From Cenarchaeum sp. (GTDB lineage: Archaea; Thermoproteota; Nitrososphaeria; Nitrososphaerales; Nitrosopumilaceae): a DNA stretch of 64,000 bases. The stretch's first letter is position 1. Every line of letters begins with the position of its first letter. Below, in pieces: positions 51,027-62,180 of the stretch. The notes beneath the pieces are model-generated. The model was not told where the DNA came from, did not search any database, and saw only the letters and a list, made by a program, of their open reading frames with translations. The position numbers and the translations under genes were made by a program. Location of the stretch: positions 1,472,001-1,536,000 of the forward strand of contig CBDESU010000002.1 in assembly GCA_965242695.1 (NCBI GenBank), given 5' to 3'.

Positions 51027-51659
51027 ATGGTCAACGCGGGGTTTCCAAAGTTCGGATCGGCCCAGTCGACGGCCCGCGTCTCGGCCCTCCGGAACTACAA
51101 CCTGCCCGACTTTGTCCTCAGGATAGTGGCAAGGGAGTGCGGCTCGGAGCTGCTAGAGAAGGGCCGCATCGACGAGCGCCTGCAGAGCATGAACCGCGAC
51201 GCGCTCGACCTGCTCCACCGCGTCTTCGTCGAGTGCAAGGACGACGCGGACGGCAAGTTCGCGCAGCTGCGGTTCTACGCGTACGTGTCGAGCATGTACC
51301 ACAAGTGCGAGGTGTCCGTCAACGAGGCCATTCCGGGCGCGTCCGGCAAGAACCACAGGGTGCCGATCGCCGTCAAGAGCAGCGGCATGTACGTTGCGGT
51401 CGCGACGAACAAGCCGACCGGCAAGCCGGTCAACAAGCAAGACGCTGTCCGGTTCTACCGGATGGTCGACGACCTCAAGAGCGGCGACCACGGCACGCAG
51501 CTCGTCGATGCGATCTACGCCTCGTCGGTCGGGTTCAGGGGCGAGGCACTCTTGGCGCTCACCCAGCTCGGCAAGATGCGCATGGCCGACCCAGAGTCGA
51601 GGCTCGACTTCAAGACGGCCAACTTTGAGAACAACATCTACACGATGACGCAGCACTGA
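51027..51659 (+). CDS. Hypothetical protein (C-terminal part possibly restriction-endonuclease-like)
   Basis: Clean 210-aa ORF with TTATAA box; NEAIPGASGKNHRVPIAVK resembles Mrr-like scaffolds but lacks obvious catalytic residues. Confidence 0.75.
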   Translation: MVNAGFPKFGSAQSTARVSALRNYNLPDFVLRIVARECGSELLEKGRIDERLQSMNRDALDLLHRVFVECKDDADGKFAQLRFYAYVSSMYHKCEVSVNEAIPGASGKNHRVPIAVKSSGMYVAVATNKPTGKPVNKQDAVRFYRMVDDLKSGDHGTQLVDAIYASSVGFRGEALLALTQLGKMRMADPESRLDFKTANFENNIYTMTQH

Positions 51660-51686
51660 CCTGCCGATCCGCCCGCCGCGGCCGGG

Positions 51687-52283
51687 TCAGCCCCGCCCGC
51701 GCCCGACCCTGCCGCGGAACGACGACGCGTCGATCGTCAGAAACTCCGGCCTCCCGTCCGTGCGGCGAAAGTCCGCGCCGTACTGCTCGAACGCGAGCCC
51801 CGCGTGGAAGTGCCTTGTCCACACGTCGTGGACGTCCGGCACGTACCGCGCGTAGCCTGCCTGCCGGAGCAGCTCGTGCGCTAGCTCGTGCGATGCAGCC
51901 GTGCAGTTCTTCTCGGCCATGAACAGCGAGTCCGGCTCGGCCGATCCCTTGGGCCTCTGCCAGAGGATCATGCCCAGGTTCGGCGCGTGGTACCCCTCGC
52001 ACGTGCAGTCGGTCCAGGTGGGCCTGAAGTTGCACAGGTAGAAGTGGTAGACCAACTCGCCGCGCTCGCGGTGGTCCCTGACGACGGCGTGCGTGTCGAG
52101 GCGGTCGAACAGGCCGCGCCGGCCCGTCACCATCTCGTCGTACGCGACGTCCAGGTCCGCCGAGAACGCCTCGGACGCCCACGACCCGAGGAAGCGGGCC
52201 ATGGACTCGGCGTAGCGGGACTCGGCCGCGCGGGCCTCGAGCTCGGCCCCTGTGGCCGCCATGAAAATAAAGTGGAGCCGCAA
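51687..52283 (-). CDS. Hypothetical protein with zincin HExxH motif
   Basis: NCTAASHELAHELL; WTDCTCEGY; TTG start inferred. Confidence 0.7.
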   Translation of the reverse strand: MRLHFIFMAATGAELEARAAESRYAESMARFLGSWASEAFSADLDVAYDEMVTGRRGLFDRLDTHAVVRDHRERGELVYHFYLCNFRPTWTDCTCEGYHAPNLGMILWQRPKGSAEPDSLFMAEKNCTAASHELAHELLRQAGYARYVPDVHDVWTRHFHAGLAFEQYGADFRRTDGRPEFLTIDASSFRGRVGRGRG

Positions 52284-52318
52284 TCGGACTCGCCGTGCCT
52301 CCGGCCGCGATGCCGCTG

Positions 52319-52558
52319 CTATGCCTGCCCCTCGATGCCCATGAGGGTCAGCGTGGAGCGTATCTTCTCGATCTTCCTGATCTTCCACGTGATCGTCTCG
52401 CGGAGCCTCTCGACGGTGTCGGACTCGATCTTTGCGAGAATGTCGTACGCGCCGAACGTGCCGTGCACCTCCTTGACGCCGTCCAGCCCCTTGAGCTGCT
52501 GTATGATGGCCTCTTCCGAGCCGAGCTCGCAGTTGATCAAAACGTATGCGGTTGCCAT
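52319..52558 (-). CDS. Lrp/AsnC ligand-binding (RAM) domain protein
   Basis: [15 protein letters not shown]...[14 protein letters not shown]...IRSTLTL. Confidence 0.93.
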   Translation of the reverse strand: MATAYVLINCELGSEEAIIQQLKGLDGVKEVHGTFGAYDILAKIESDTVERLRETITWKIRKIEKIRSTLTLMGIEGQA

Positions 52559-52740
52559 GCGGCCGCGCCCGGCGCGGCGTATATCAACTTGCCGGACGGC
52601 GGCCGAGGCCAGCCGCCCCCGCGCCGCCCCACGCCCACTGGCGCGCGCTGCGCGCACGGCGCGGCCCGCGCCCGGCGCGATCCCTGCCGCCGGCCCGCGC
52701 CAACATTCATTCATATATTGCCCGGCGGCGGGGCGCGCGG

Positions 52741-54888
52741 ATGGCATCGCCTGCCGCTGCCCGCAAGTCCGCGCATCGCATACTCGCGGACACCATCAAG
52801 ACGGACCACAGGGTCGTCACCGAAGAGGCGGCAAAGTCCATACTAGCCTCGTACGGCATTACCGTGCCAAAGCACGCCCTGGTCAAGACGGCCGCCGAGG
52901 CCGCCAGGGAGTCGGCCAAGATCGGCTTTCCGATCGCCATGAAGATCGTCTCGCCCCAGATACTCCACAAGACGGACGTCGGCGGGGTCAAGCTTGGCCT
53001 GAGCAGCGCCGGCGAGGTCCGCAAGGCGTTTGACGAGATGCACGGGCGCCTCTCCAAGAAGAAGGGCGTGGAGGTAAAGGGCGTCCTGCTCGAGCGGATG
53101 GAGACAAGGGGCGACGGCGTCGAGCTCATCGTCGGCCTGCAGAACGACCCGCAGTTCGGGCCCGTCATAATGGTCGGGCTCGGGGGCACACTCACCGAGG
53201 TCATGCGCGACGTGGCGTTCCGCATGCTCCCGATTACCGAGTCGGACGCGACGTCGATGCTCGACGAGCTCAAGGGGTCAAAGCTACTCGAGGGGTTCAG
53301 GGGCAGCAGGAAGATAGACCGGCGGATGGTCGCCAAGACGCTCGTCCGCATCGGGCGCATGGGCATGGACTGCGCGCCGTACTTTGACAGCATCGACCTG
53401 AACCCCGTCATCGTATACCCCAAGGGGCACGCGGCAGTCGACGCAAAGTTCATCCTCGCCGCAGATGCCAACCCGAACGCGATCTCAAGGGCCGAGCCTG
53501 ACAAGGGGCACATGGAAAAGTTCTTCACGCCGAGGTCGGTGGCGCTAGTCGGCGCGTCGTCGACGAAGGGGAAGATCGGCAACTCGATCCTCGACAGCCT
53601 CGTAAACTACGACTTCAAGGGCAAGGTGTACCCGATCAACCCAAAGGCGGACAAGATATTCGGCCTAAAGTGCTATGCTACGATAGACGACATTCCGGGC
53701 AAGGTCGACCTTGTCGTGGTCTCGGTCGACCTGTCTGCCACGCCGCCGGTGCTCGAGGCGTGCGCCCGCAAGGGGATACACAACGTGGTCGTCGTGTCGG
53801 GAGGCGGCAAGGAGCTCGGCGGCGAGAGGGCCGACTACGAGGCAGAGGTCCAGCGCCTCTCGGCGAAGCACCACATACGGATTATAGGGCCCAACTGCAT
53901 CGGCATGTTCAACGCGGCCAACCGCCTCGACTGCGCCTTCCAGGGGCAGGAGCGGATGGTGCGGGCCCGGCTCGGACCCGTCGCGCTGCTCTCGCAGAGC
54001 GGCACGATGGGGATCAGCTTTTTGGAGACGGCCGACTCGTTCGGACTCTCGAAGATGGTGAGCTACGGCAACCGGTCGGACGTCGACGAGGCCGACATGA
54101 TATGGTACCTCGCGTCCGACCCGCAGACGAGGGTCATCGCGCTGTACGTGGAGGGGTTCGGCGACGGCCGCAAGTTCATCAACACGGCGCGGCGCGTCAT
54201 GGCCGAGAAGAAAAAGCCCGTCGTCATCTGGAAGAGCGGCCGCACCGACCTGGGAGCAAAGCAGGCCGCCTCGCACACGGGGTCGCTCGGCGGCTCGAAC
54301 GCCATCATCATGGGCGCGTTCAGGCAGGCCGGGATCATCTCCGTCGACAGCTACCAAGAGCTGGCGGCGGTCACAAAGGCGCTCGCGTGGCAGCCGCCTG
54401 CGAAGGGCGGCGCAGCGGCCATGGCTAGCAACGGCGCGGGGCCCATGATCGGCGGGATCGATCACTTTGAACGCCTGGGGCTCGAGCTTGCCAAGATATC
54501 GGGGCCTGCCCTTAAGAGGATGAAGTCGCACTTTCCCAAGACGTACGTCATTGGCAGCGGCAACCCTGCCGACGTCACGGGCGGCGCGAGCGCCGACGAC
54601 TACCGCTTTGTGATAGAGGCGTTCATGGGGGAGCGGGGCGTCGACATTGTCATGCCGTGGTTCGTCTTCCAGGACGACCCGCTCGACATAGACGAGATCG
54701 TCTCGCACCTGGCGGCCTTTTCGAAGAAGGGGAGGAAGCCGCTGCTCGTCGGCGCCAACGGGGGGCCGTTCACTGCAAAGGTGTCGGCGATGATCGAGTC
54801 GCACGGGATACCCGTGTACGACGACCTGCGCGACTGGGTCGCCGCCGCCTCGGCCCTGGCAAAGTGGGGCCGCATCTCGCGCCGCTGA
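52741..54888 (+). CDS. ADP-forming acyl-CoA synthetase, likely 3-hydroxypropionyl-CoA synthetase (3HP/4HB cycle)
   Basis: N-terminal ATP-grasp ([16 protein letters not shown]), CoA-binding domain, GPNCIG, SQSG, SHTGSL. Substrate is inferred from adjacency to the crotonase. Confidence 0.85.
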   Translation: MASPAAARKSAHRILADTIKTDHRVVTEEAAKSILASYGITVPKHALVKTAAEAARESAKIGFPIAMKIVSPQILHKTDVGGVKLGLSSAGEVRKAFDEMHGRLSKKKGVEVKGVLLERMETRGDGVELIVGLQNDPQFGPVIMVGLGGTLTEVMRDVAFRMLPITESDATSMLDELKGSKLLEGFRGSRKIDRRMVAKTLVRIGRMGMDCAPYFDSIDLNPVIVYPKGHAAVDAKFILAADANPNAISRAEPDKGHMEKFFTPRSVALVGASSTKGKIGNSILDSLVNYDFKGKVYPINPKADKIFGLKCYATIDDIPGKVDLVVVSVDLSATPPVLEACARKGIHNVVVVSGGGKELGGERADYEAEVQRLSAKHHIRIIGPNCIGMFNAANRLDCAFQGQERMVRARLGPVALLSQSGTMGISFLETADSFGLSKMVSYGNRSDVDEADMIWYLASDPQTRVIALYVEGFGDGRKFINTARRVMAEKKKPVVIWKSGRTDLGAKQAASHTGSLGGSNAIIMGAFRQAGIISVDSYQELAAVTKALAWQPPAKGGAAAMASNGAGPMIGGIDHFERLGLELAKISGPALKRMKSHFPKTYVIGSGNPADVTGGASADDYRFVIEAFMGERGVDIVMPWFVFQDDPLDIDEIVSHLAAFSKKGRKPLLVGANGGPFTAKVSAMIESHGIPVYDDLRDWVAAASALAKWGRISRR

Positions 54889-55030
54889 GCGCGCCGCGCA
54901 CCGCCCGCTCCAGGCCGCCCGCCGCATCCGCCCGGCCTCCACGCAGCCCCTGCCCGCCAGCGCCGCCGGCCCGGCGCCGCGGCCGCCGGGCGATACCTCT
55001 TTAAGGCGCCGTCCGGCGCGCCGCCTCGGA

Positions 55031-55792
55031 ATGTCCAACGTTGCAGTGTCCACCGACGGCGGCGTATGCACCGTCAAGATAAACCGCCCCGACAAGCTCA
55101 ACGCCATGAACGTAGACGTGGCCACCGAGCTGATCGACACGTTTACGGACATTGCCGGCAGGGACGACGTAAAGGTGGTCCTGCTCACCGGCGAGGGCGA
55201 GAAGGCGTTCTCGGCCGGGGCCGACATCGACTACATGTCTAGGATATCGGCAGACGAGTCTGTAGAGTACGCAAGGCTCGGCCAGCGCGTCACGGCCACG
55301 ATCGAGTCCCTGCCGCAGCCGACGATCGCGGTAGTCAACGGGTTTGCCCTGGGGGGCGGCTGCGAGGTGGCCATGTCTTGCGACATACGCATGGCGGCCG
55401 ACACGGCCAGGATGGGCCAGCCCGAGGTGACGATAGGCATACCGCCGGGCTGGGGCGGCACGCAGCGCCTCATGCGCATAGTCGGCATTGCAAAGGCAAA
55501 GGAGCTGGTGTACACGGGCCGCATGGTCTCGGCCGCCGAGGCAGAGCGGATGGGGCTCGTCAACTCGGTGCATCCGGCGGCCGACCTCATGGCCGAGGCC
55601 GTAAAGACGGCGTCAAAGATCGCGGCCAACTCTGAGATGGGCGTCCGCATGTCAAAGATGGCCATCAACAGCGGCCGGAACGCCGACCTGGAGACGGGCC
55701 TGAGCATAGAGCTGCTCGCCTGGCGCAACTCGTTCACGCACCCCGACCGCCAAAAGCGCATGGCCGAGTTCCTGAGCAGGTCAAAGAAGTGA
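55031..55792 (+). CDS. Enoyl-CoA hydratase, likely 3-hydroxypropionyl-CoA dehydratase/crotonyl-CoA hydratase
   Basis: [43 protein letters not shown]. Confidence 0.9.
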   Translation: MSNVAVSTDGGVCTVKINRPDKLNAMNVDVATELIDTFTDIAGRDDVKVVLLTGEGEKAFSAGADIDYMSRISADESVEYARLGQRVTATIESLPQPTIAVVNGFALGGGCEVAMSCDIRMAADTARMGQPEVTIGIPPGWGGTQRLMRIVGIAKAKELVYTGRMVSAAEAERMGLVNSVHPAADLMAEAVKTASKIAANSEMGVRMSKMAINSGRNADLETGLSIELLAWRNSFTHPDRQKRMAEFLSRSKK

Positions 55793-56092
55793 CTGCGTCA
55801 GGTGTGGGCCGCCCGCAGGGGCGCTTTCGGATCCCCGCCGCCGTGCGATGCGCCTGCGCCGCGGCACGGGGCGGGCAGGGGCAGACGGCGGGACCGCAGC
55901 GCGCATTCGCGGTGCCCTGCCGCCCGCAGGGGCGGCATCGGGTGCGAGCAGTGTCGTGTCGCTCACATCTCCCGTCCGCCGCCGGCATGGGAGGGGGGGG
56001 TGGGGGGCCGCAGCGCCCGCCGCGCCAGGCGCCGCCGCGGATCCGCGGGCCGGCCCCAAAGACTATTATAATTTGGCTAGCGGCCCGTGCCC

Positions 56093-56443
56093 ATGGAAAC
56101 GACGCAAGTCGAGAAGATCGTCACGATCACCCCAAAGGCGGTCGAGAAGATCAAAGAATTCATGGCCGAGGAAAAGGAGCATCCCGAGTACCTGCGCGTG
56201 TACGTGCAGGGCGGCGGCTGCTCCGGCCTCTCGTACGGCATGGGCTTTGAGACGAAGGCGGAGGAGGACGACATGGTCGTCGAGGAGGGCGGCGTAAAGC
56301 TGCTCATCGACAGCTGCAGCCAGGACCACCTCAAGGGCGCCAACGTCGACTACATCGAGAGCCTCATGGGCTCGGGCTTCAAGATCAACAACCCGAACGT
56401 CACAAAGTCCTGCTCCTGCGGCCACTCGTTCAGCACCGAGTAG
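56093..56443 (+). CDS. A-type Fe-S carrier (HesB/IscA/ErpA)
   Basis: GGGCSGLSY...NPNVTKSCSCGHSF. Confidence 0.95.
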   Translation: METTQVEKIVTITPKAVEKIKEFMAEEKEHPEYLRVYVQGGGCSGLSYGMGFETKAEEDDMVVEEGGVKLLIDSCSQDHLKGANVDYIESLMGSGFKINNPNVTKSCSCGHSFSTE

Positions 56444-56450
56444 GCCTGTA

Positions 56451-56467
56451 CTTTTTCTTTCCTTTTT
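56451..56467 (+). terminator. Oligo-T terminator (putative)
   Basis: ttttttctttccttttt immediately after the stop codon. Confidence 0.55.
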
Positions 56468-56919
56468 GCGCGCGCAGCGCCGCGGCCCTGCGCCATTGCG
56501 CGCGCGCCTCAGCCCTCCCCCCGCCGCGCCGCCTCCCGCGCGCGCCACGCGATCCGCGCCGGCCGCAGGCCGCGCCGCCTCCGCGGCCCCTTGCCACGCG
56601 ACGCGGTGCATCGAGGTGGCGGCGCATGGTCGGCTACCGGCAGTCCATGCTGGTGGGGGGGGGGGCGTCGAGGCGCGCCGCTGGACGCCCCCTGCGCCGG
56701 ACGGCGCGCAGCATGGGACGGTACAGGGCAGCCGCCGGCGCCGGCCGCCTGCCCTGGCCGGGCCGCGCCGTTCGGCCGCGTGCCGCCCCGCCCCTGCTGG
56801 GCCGGGCGGCGGTTGGAGGGCGGCCTAGGCGCAGGGGACAGCGCGATCGCACCCTTCGATACGCTCTTATATGGCGCCTGGGCGCGCCCGGCCGTCATGG
56901 TTAAGGAGATGAGTGGAGA

Positions 56920-58392
56920 ATGCCGCAGTCGGGCATCGTCAAGTATCACGTCAAGCTGTCGTACAATGTCGACGGTCTCGTAGAGCGGGCCGACCTCATT
57001 GGGGCGATCTTCGGGCAGACGGAGGGTCTGCTCGGCCCGGAGATGAACCTCAACGAGCTGCAGCGCGTCTCGAAGATCGGCCGCATAGAGGTCAATGCGC
57101 GGACGACGTCGAACACGACGTCTGGCGACGTCCTGCTCCCGATGAGCACCGACATCGACACGTCGGCGCTCATTGCCGCCGCCATCGAGAGCATCGACAA
57201 GGTCGGGCCGTTCGACTGCTCGTTCAAGCTCGATGCGATCGACGACGTCAGGGCCGCCAAGAAGGACGACATCGTGCGGCGCGCAAAGGAGATTCGCCGC
57301 AAGTGGGCCACCAAGACGATCAGCGAGGGCGACACGATGCTAAAGGACGTCCACGAGGTCGCCGCCGGCAAGCTCCAGACGTACGGCAAGTCGAAGCTGA
57401 CGTGCAGCTCTGACATCCACTCCTCGCCGTGGATCATACTCGTAGAGGGCAGGGCCGACGTGATCAACCTGCTGCGCGCCGGGTACGGCAACGCGATTGC
57501 GATCGAGGGGGCGCGCATAGACGAGTCGATAAAGGACCTGTGCAGGTCCAAGGAGACGGTCGTGGCGTTCATGGACGGGGACCGCGCGGGCGGGTTCATA
57601 CTGCGCGAGCTAAAGTCGCTCGTGCGCGTAGACTACGAGCTCAGGGCAGATCCGGGCATCGAGGTCGAGGAGATGACGCCGCAGAGGGTCTCGGAGATTC
57701 TGGATCCGATTGCCGACGAGATACGGAGCGGCGGATCTTCCGGCCAGGATCAGGATCAGCGGGATGCCGGCGGCGACCGCGGCGGCAGGGACCGCGACCG
57801 CGACTACCGCGACCGCGGCGGCAGGGACCGTGGGCGCGACCGGGACCGCGACAGGGACCGCGACTACCGCGGCGGCAGGGACCGTGGGCGCGACCGCGAC
57901 AGGGACCGCGACTACCGCGGCGGCAGGGACCGCGACAGGGATCGGGACAGGGACCGCGACCGCGACAGGGACCGCGACTACCGCGGCGGCAGGGACCGCG
58001 ACAGGGACCGCGACTACCGCGACCGAGATCGGGATGCGCGGCCGGCGCAGGACGAGGGCGCGCAGGCGCCCGCGAGCGAGCCCTCGCCCGGGGATGCGGC
58101 CCTGGCCGAGGTTGCCCGGCCCGTCTACCAGAGCATCAACGAGTCGCTCGAGGCGGTGGCCCTTGACGAGGCAGGCAAGGAGGCGTTCCGCATACCGATC
58201 AGCGAGCTGGTCGCAAAGATGTCTGGCCAGTCGGGCATAAAGCACCTCGTCCTAGACGGCATTATCACGCAGCGCCTGCTCGACGCATCAAAGGAGGCCG
58301 GCGTCGGGTGCATCGTAGGGCATCGGGTGGCAAAGCTCACCAACCCCGGCGGGATCGACCTCAAGACGTTCAACGAGCTGGGAATATCCTAG
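56920..58392 (+). CDS. dnaG: Archaeal DnaG (TOPRIM; exosome-associated) with RD-repeat insertion
   Basis: GAIFGQTEGLLG, VEGRADV, FMDGDRAG, DGIITQRL. Confidence 0.95.
   Translation: MPQSGIVKYHVKLSYNVDGLVERADLIGAIFGQTEGLLGPEMNLNELQRVSKIGRIEVNARTTSNTTSGDVLLPMSTDIDTSALIAAAIESIDKVGPFDCSFKLDAIDDVRAAKKDDIVRRAKEIRRKWATKTISEGDTMLKDVHEVAAGKLQTYGKSKLTCSSDIHSSPWIILVEGRADVINLLRAGYGNAIAIEGARIDESIKDLCRSKETVVAFMDGDRAGGFILRELKSLVRVDYELRADPGIEVEEMTPQRVSEILDPIADEIRSGGSSGQDQDQRDAGGDRGGRDRDRDYRDRGGRDRGRDRDRDRDRDYRGGRDRGRDRDRDRDYRGGRDRDRDRDRDRDRDRDRDYRGGRDRDRDRDYRDRDRDARPAQDEGAQAPASEPSPGDAALAEVARPVYQSINESLEAVALDEAGKEAFRIPISELVAKMSGQSGIKHLVLDGIITQRLLDASKEAGVGCIVGHRVAKLTNPGGIDLKTFNELGIS
57775..58032 (+). repeat. 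Low-complexity coding repeat encoding (RD)n / RDYRGG
   Basis: Iterated gaccgc/gacagg hexamers with higher-order units. Confidence 0.95.
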
Positions 58393-59121
58393 TTGCCGCC
58401 TGACCTGCGAGTGCAGCACCTGCAGACGCTCGCCCACCTGCTCTCGCGAGGCGCGCGGCACAGCTACGTCCCCGTGACTACGGTCGAGCTGGCCAGGGCG
58501 ATCGGCAGGTCGCAGCAGACGGCCTCGAGCCACCTTGTCCAGCTGGAGGCCGACGGGTTCATCGAGAGGCGCGCGGCGCGGCGAGGCGGCTCGCCGGTGC
58601 GCATTACGGCGCGCGGGTACGCCGAGCTTGAGCGCGTCTCGTCGGCCCTGAGGGGGGGCATCGAGTCGCAGCCGGCGCAGATCGTGCTAGAGGGCGAGCT
58701 CGTCACGGGCATGGGCGAGGGGGCGTACTACATGTCGCTCGACGGGTACACGAGGCAGTTCCGCGAGGCGATCGGGTACGTGCCGTTCCCGGGCACGCTC
58801 AACGTCCGCCTCGCGGGGCCCCACCATGTGATGACGGCCGAGCGGCTCGACGCGGCAAGGGGCGGCGCCCTGGTGAGGGGGTTCTCGGACGGGCGCCGCA
58901 CGTACGGGTGGGTCAGGTGCCTTGCCGCCTCGGTCAACGGGCTCGACGGCTGCCATGTCGTGCGGCTCGAGCGGACGCACCACGAGCCGAACATCGTCGA
59001 GATCATATCGCGCGTCGACATTAGGCGGGCCGCCGGGCTGCGAGACGGCTCGGCCGTGTCGGTGAGGCTGCCCGTCGATGCGGCCGGGATAGCCCACGCC
59101 GGATCCGCGGCAAGGCCGTAG
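58393..59121 (+). CDS. ribK: HTH + CTP-dependent riboflavin kinase
   Basis: SQQTASSHL HTH; GMGEGAYY, PFPGTLN, ERTHH. Confidence 0.93.
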   Translation: MPPDLRVQHLQTLAHLLSRGARHSYVPVTTVELARAIGRSQQTASSHLVQLEADGFIERRAARRGGSPVRITARGYAELERVSSALRGGIESQPAQIVLEGELVTGMGEGAYYMSLDGYTRQFREAIGYVPFPGTLNVRLAGPHHVMTAERLDAARGGALVRGFSDGRRTYGWVRCLAASVNGLDGCHVVRLERTHHEPNIVEIISRVDIRRAAGLRDGSAVSVRLPVDAAGIAHAGSAARP

Positions 59122-59134
59122 CGGGCGGCGGCCC

Positions 59135-59764
59135 CTACGTCTCGTGCAGCGCATCGCCGTACTGCGCCTCTATCTTCGAGCTGGATATCTCGGGGACGGG
59201 CGACTGGAGGCGGGCGATCCTGGCGTCCAGGCCGAGGCGCCTGCAGCCGTCCATGATGAACTTTTCCTGGTGCGCCTGGTCGTACCCTAGCGCGATGACC
59301 TGCGGCCTGACCCTGTCGACGGTGCGGAATATGTCGCTCTCGTCGCCGACGAGGCACACGTCGACGACGGACAGCGATGCGACCAGCCTCCGCCTCTGGT
59401 CCTGGCAGTGCAGGGGCGCGCGCCGCTTCATCCTCTTGGCCGTCGCGTCGGTGGCCACGACGACGACGAGCATGTCGCCGAGCCGCCTTGCCGCCTCGAG
59501 CGTGTGTATGTGGCCCGGGTGTATTATGTCGAAGACGCCGCCGGCGAACACGACCGTGAGCGAGCCGCGGCCGACCTCGGTGAGCGACCAGCGGCCGCCG
59601 GCGCGCTCTACGGATCCCACGGACTCGAGGGCGGCCAGCCTCCGCTCGGCCTCGCCGCGCCCGATCCACCCGCCGGCCGCGGACGCCACGGCCTCCGCGG
59701 GATCCGATCCGTCGATCGACGACGCGTACAGGGCCCTGAGGGCCGCCATGTCGGCCGACTTCAC
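59135..59764 (-). CDS. ribL: FAD synthetase (cytidylyltransferase family)
   Basis: GGVFDIIHPGH, ALGYDQ, SSSKI; next to ribK. Confidence 0.85.
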   Translation of the reverse strand: MKSADMAALRALYASSIDGSDPAEAVASAAGGWIGRGEAERRLAALESVGSVERAGGRWSLTEVGRGSLTVVFAGGVFDIIHPGHIHTLEAARRLGDMLVVVVATDATAKRMKRRAPLHCQDQRRRLVASLSVVDVCLVGDESDIFRTVDRVRPQVIALGYDQAHQEKFIMDGCRRLGLDARIARLQSPVPEISSSKIEAQYGDALHET

Positions 59765-59889
59765 GCGGATGCGCCGCGCCCGCCCCCGTTTAACTCGTGC
59801 CCCGCGAGCCGCGCCCTTTTCATTCGCCCGGGCCGCCGCGGGGGCGGGAGGGGGGGGGCCCGACTTGGCGGGCCCTGCCCGGCGGCGCG

Positions 59890-60978
59890 CTACGCCTCCC
59901 CGCCCGCCCCGTCACCGCTTCCGGCCCCGCCCGGCTCGAGGCCCGCCGCGATGCGCAGCGCGTCGACCAGGCCGTCGGCGTACCCCGCGCACAGGACGGC
60001 GACCTCTTCGTCGCCGGCATCAAGAAAGTGGACGGCGTCGTCCAGGTAGCGGCCGGCGCTGTCGAGTATCTCGCCGCGCCGGGGCACGCCGTCCAGGCCC
60101 CGCGCGCCGCCGAGCGCGCGCATCGCCTCCCTGACGGCGGGCACGTACTTTGCGACCATCCTGCGCGGTACGCTCGCGACCCTGTCCGAGTTGCCCTCGG
60201 GCGGGTCGGCGCAGTCCGCCAGGGCGGCGAGCGCGTCGGACTCTGTAAAGTGCAGCGAGCCGGGCACGACTAGCGCATGCGGCGGCCTGCCAAAGTCCCT
60301 GCCGCGCAGCGATGCGACCCTGCCGGCCGCCACCGCCTGGTCGGGCAGGCCTATCCTGGATGCGACCGCAGCGTACGTCGATCCGTCGAACGCGCCGCGC
60401 CACTGCCTGCCCGCGTCGGCCTCGGCTAGCATGTCCATGGCCCGCCCGGGCTCTAGGAAGAAGCCGCCGCCCTCCTCGTCGTACTCTAGCAGGAGGACGG
60501 TGTGGCTGCCGGCTGCGATGCCCGCGCGCAGGATGCGGTGCGTCGAGGCCGCCGCGCCGGCCCCTCGCATTACGGTCGCGACGCGGCCGACCTTGTAGTG
60601 GTGCAGCCCGCACTCGCCGACGATCGCAGTGAGGGCCGACGCGGCGTAGACCGTCCTAGTCGGCACGCCGGCCCGCGCGGCGCGCACGCGCAGCTCCGTG
60701 TGCGTGGTCGCCGCGTACGGGTCGCCGTACGATACGACGGCCACGTCGTCGCCGGCGCCGGCCCTGCGCAGTATCTCCGAGCCGTCCTCGACCATCCACC
60801 TGCGGGCCCACACGAGGCGCCCGCCGGCGAGCCTTTCCACCTCGGACTCGGCCCCCTCCGGCCACGGACTCGTAAACCGCTCGGCGTACACGGCCGCCGC
60901 GCCGGACACGGCCCGGCGCGCATCGCCGGAGAGCGAGCCGGCGCCGGACACGCCGGCGCCGACAAACCAGAGCGTCAC
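59890..60978 (-). CDS. dph5: Diphthine synthase with C-terminal DUF357-like domain
   Basis: ERFTS, GDPYAATTH, GLHHYKVG, HTVLLL, LHFTE; tail YLDDAVHFL...YADGLVDALR. Confidence 0.9.
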   Translation of the reverse strand: MTLWFVGAGVSGAGSLSGDARRAVSGAAAVYAERFTSPWPEGAESEVERLAGGRLVWARRWMVEDGSEILRRAGAGDDVAVVSYGDPYAATTHTELRVRAARAGVPTRTVYAASALTAIVGECGLHHYKVGRVATVMRGAGAAASTHRILRAGIAAGSHTVLLLEYDEEGGGFFLEPGRAMDMLAEADAGRQWRGAFDGSTYAAVASRIGLPDQAVAAGRVASLRGRDFGRPPHALVVPGSLHFTESDALAALADCADPPEGNSDRVASVPRRMVAKYVPAVREAMRALGGARGLDGVPRRGEILDSAGRYLDDAVHFLDAGDEEVAVLCAGYADGLVDALRIAAGLEPGGAGSGDGAGGEA

Positions 60979-62180
60979 GCCTCGGCCGCCCCGCCGCCGG
61001 GCGCCGCCTCCGCCGCCCTTTTCTTCCGGCCGGCCTCCCTGAGGGCCCTGTTGTCGTGGAGCCTCTTGACCTGCCGCAGCGTCTGCTTTATCACCTCGAT
61101 CCCGTCCAGGTACTCGGAGATCGAGACGGACTCGTTTATCGTGTGCGCCTTGTGCGGATCGCCGGGGCCGTACGTGACGACCGGCACGCTCATCCTGCTG
61201 CCGATGACGTTCATGTCGCCCGTCCCCGTCTTGCGTATGAGCGACGGCCTAGTCCCCTTTACGGCCTGCACGCTGAGGTTGAACGCGCGCACCAGGGGCG
61301 AGTCGTGCGGCGCCTCGAACGCCTCGGTCTCGTCGAGTATCGAGTAGAACGCGTCGACGCCGCGCTCGGCCGAGACGGCCTTTACGACCCGCGATATCCT
61401 CTCCTCGACGTCCTTGCAGCCGGTGCCGACGGGCACGCGTATGTCGATCGTCGCCTCGCAGTCCTTCGGGGTGACGTTGTGGCTCGTCCCGCCGCCTATC
61501 TTGGTGACCGTCGCCGTCAGGGCGGCGGCGCGGCTCGCCCCGGGCTCGGGACCATCCTCACCCTCTAGCTCGGCCTTGATGGCGGCGCAGAACCGCACGG
61601 CCTCCTCTATGGCGTTCTTCGAGAGCCACGGCGCGCTCGCATGCGAGCTGTCGGCCGCGCTCACGCGCAGGCTGATTGCGAGCCTGCCCTTGTACGCTAT
61701 CGTGACGTTCGTGAGGCCGCTCGGCTCGCCGAACACCGCGTAGTCTATGCCCAGGCCGTCGCCCTCGCTTGCCAGGTGCTTGATGCCGGTCGCGTTGCCC
61801 TCTTCGTCGACGGCGCCGACGAAGACGACGGTACCGGCGTCCTCGCCGGCGTCGGCGGCGGCGAGAAGCATGGCGATGAGCGGCGCCTTTGCGTCGGACG
61901 CGCCGCGCCCGTACAAGAGGTCGCCCTCCCTGCGCACCCTGATCTTGCCGGGGACGACGTCCATGTGGCCGCACAGCATCGTCGTCGGCGAGCCCGACCC
62001 CTTCGTGGCGATCAGGTTGCCCACGTCGTCGATGCGTATGTTCTCGAACCCGAGGTCGTCGCACTTGTCGGCCAGGAACTCGGCGAGCGGTCTCTCCGAG
62101 AGGGACGGCGTGTACAGGCGCAGCGCCTTTTCGAGGATCTTTACGGCAAACTTTGGCGAGGACGCCAGCGATCCGTTCAT
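60975..62180 (-). CDS. lysK: [LysW]-lysine/ornithine hydrolase (M20 family)
   Basis: CGHMDVVPG, GRGASDAK, DEE, GEPS, TGDMN, YGPGD..AH; lys operon context. Confidence 0.9.
   Translation of the reverse strand: MNGSLASSPKFAVKILEKALRLYTPSLSERPLAEFLADKCDDLGFENIRIDDVGNLIATKGSGSPTTMLCGHMDVVPGKIRVRREGDLLYGRGASDAKAPLIAMLLAAADAGEDAGTVVFVGAVDEEGNATGIKHLASEGDGLGIDYAVFGEPSGLTNVTIAYKGRLAISLRVSAADSSHASAPWLSKNAIEEAVRFCAAIKAELEGEDGPEPGASRAAALTATVTKIGGGTSHNVTPKDCEATIDIRVPVGTGCKDVEERISRVVKAVSAERGVDAFYSILDETEAFEAPHDSPLVRAFNLSVQAVKGTRPSLIRKTGTGDMNVIGSRMSVPVVTYGPGDPHKAHTINESVSISEYLDGIEVIKQTLRQVKRLHDNRALREAGRKKRAAEAAPGGGAAEA

Noticed and set aside
52741-55792. 3HP/4HB-cycle gene pair as a novelty
   Set aside because: Established thaumarchaeal carbon-fixation genes; useful for taxonomy only.
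57775-58032. Repeat cluster as CRISPR or non-coding array
   Set aside because: In-frame coding microsatellite within dnaG; no unique spacers.
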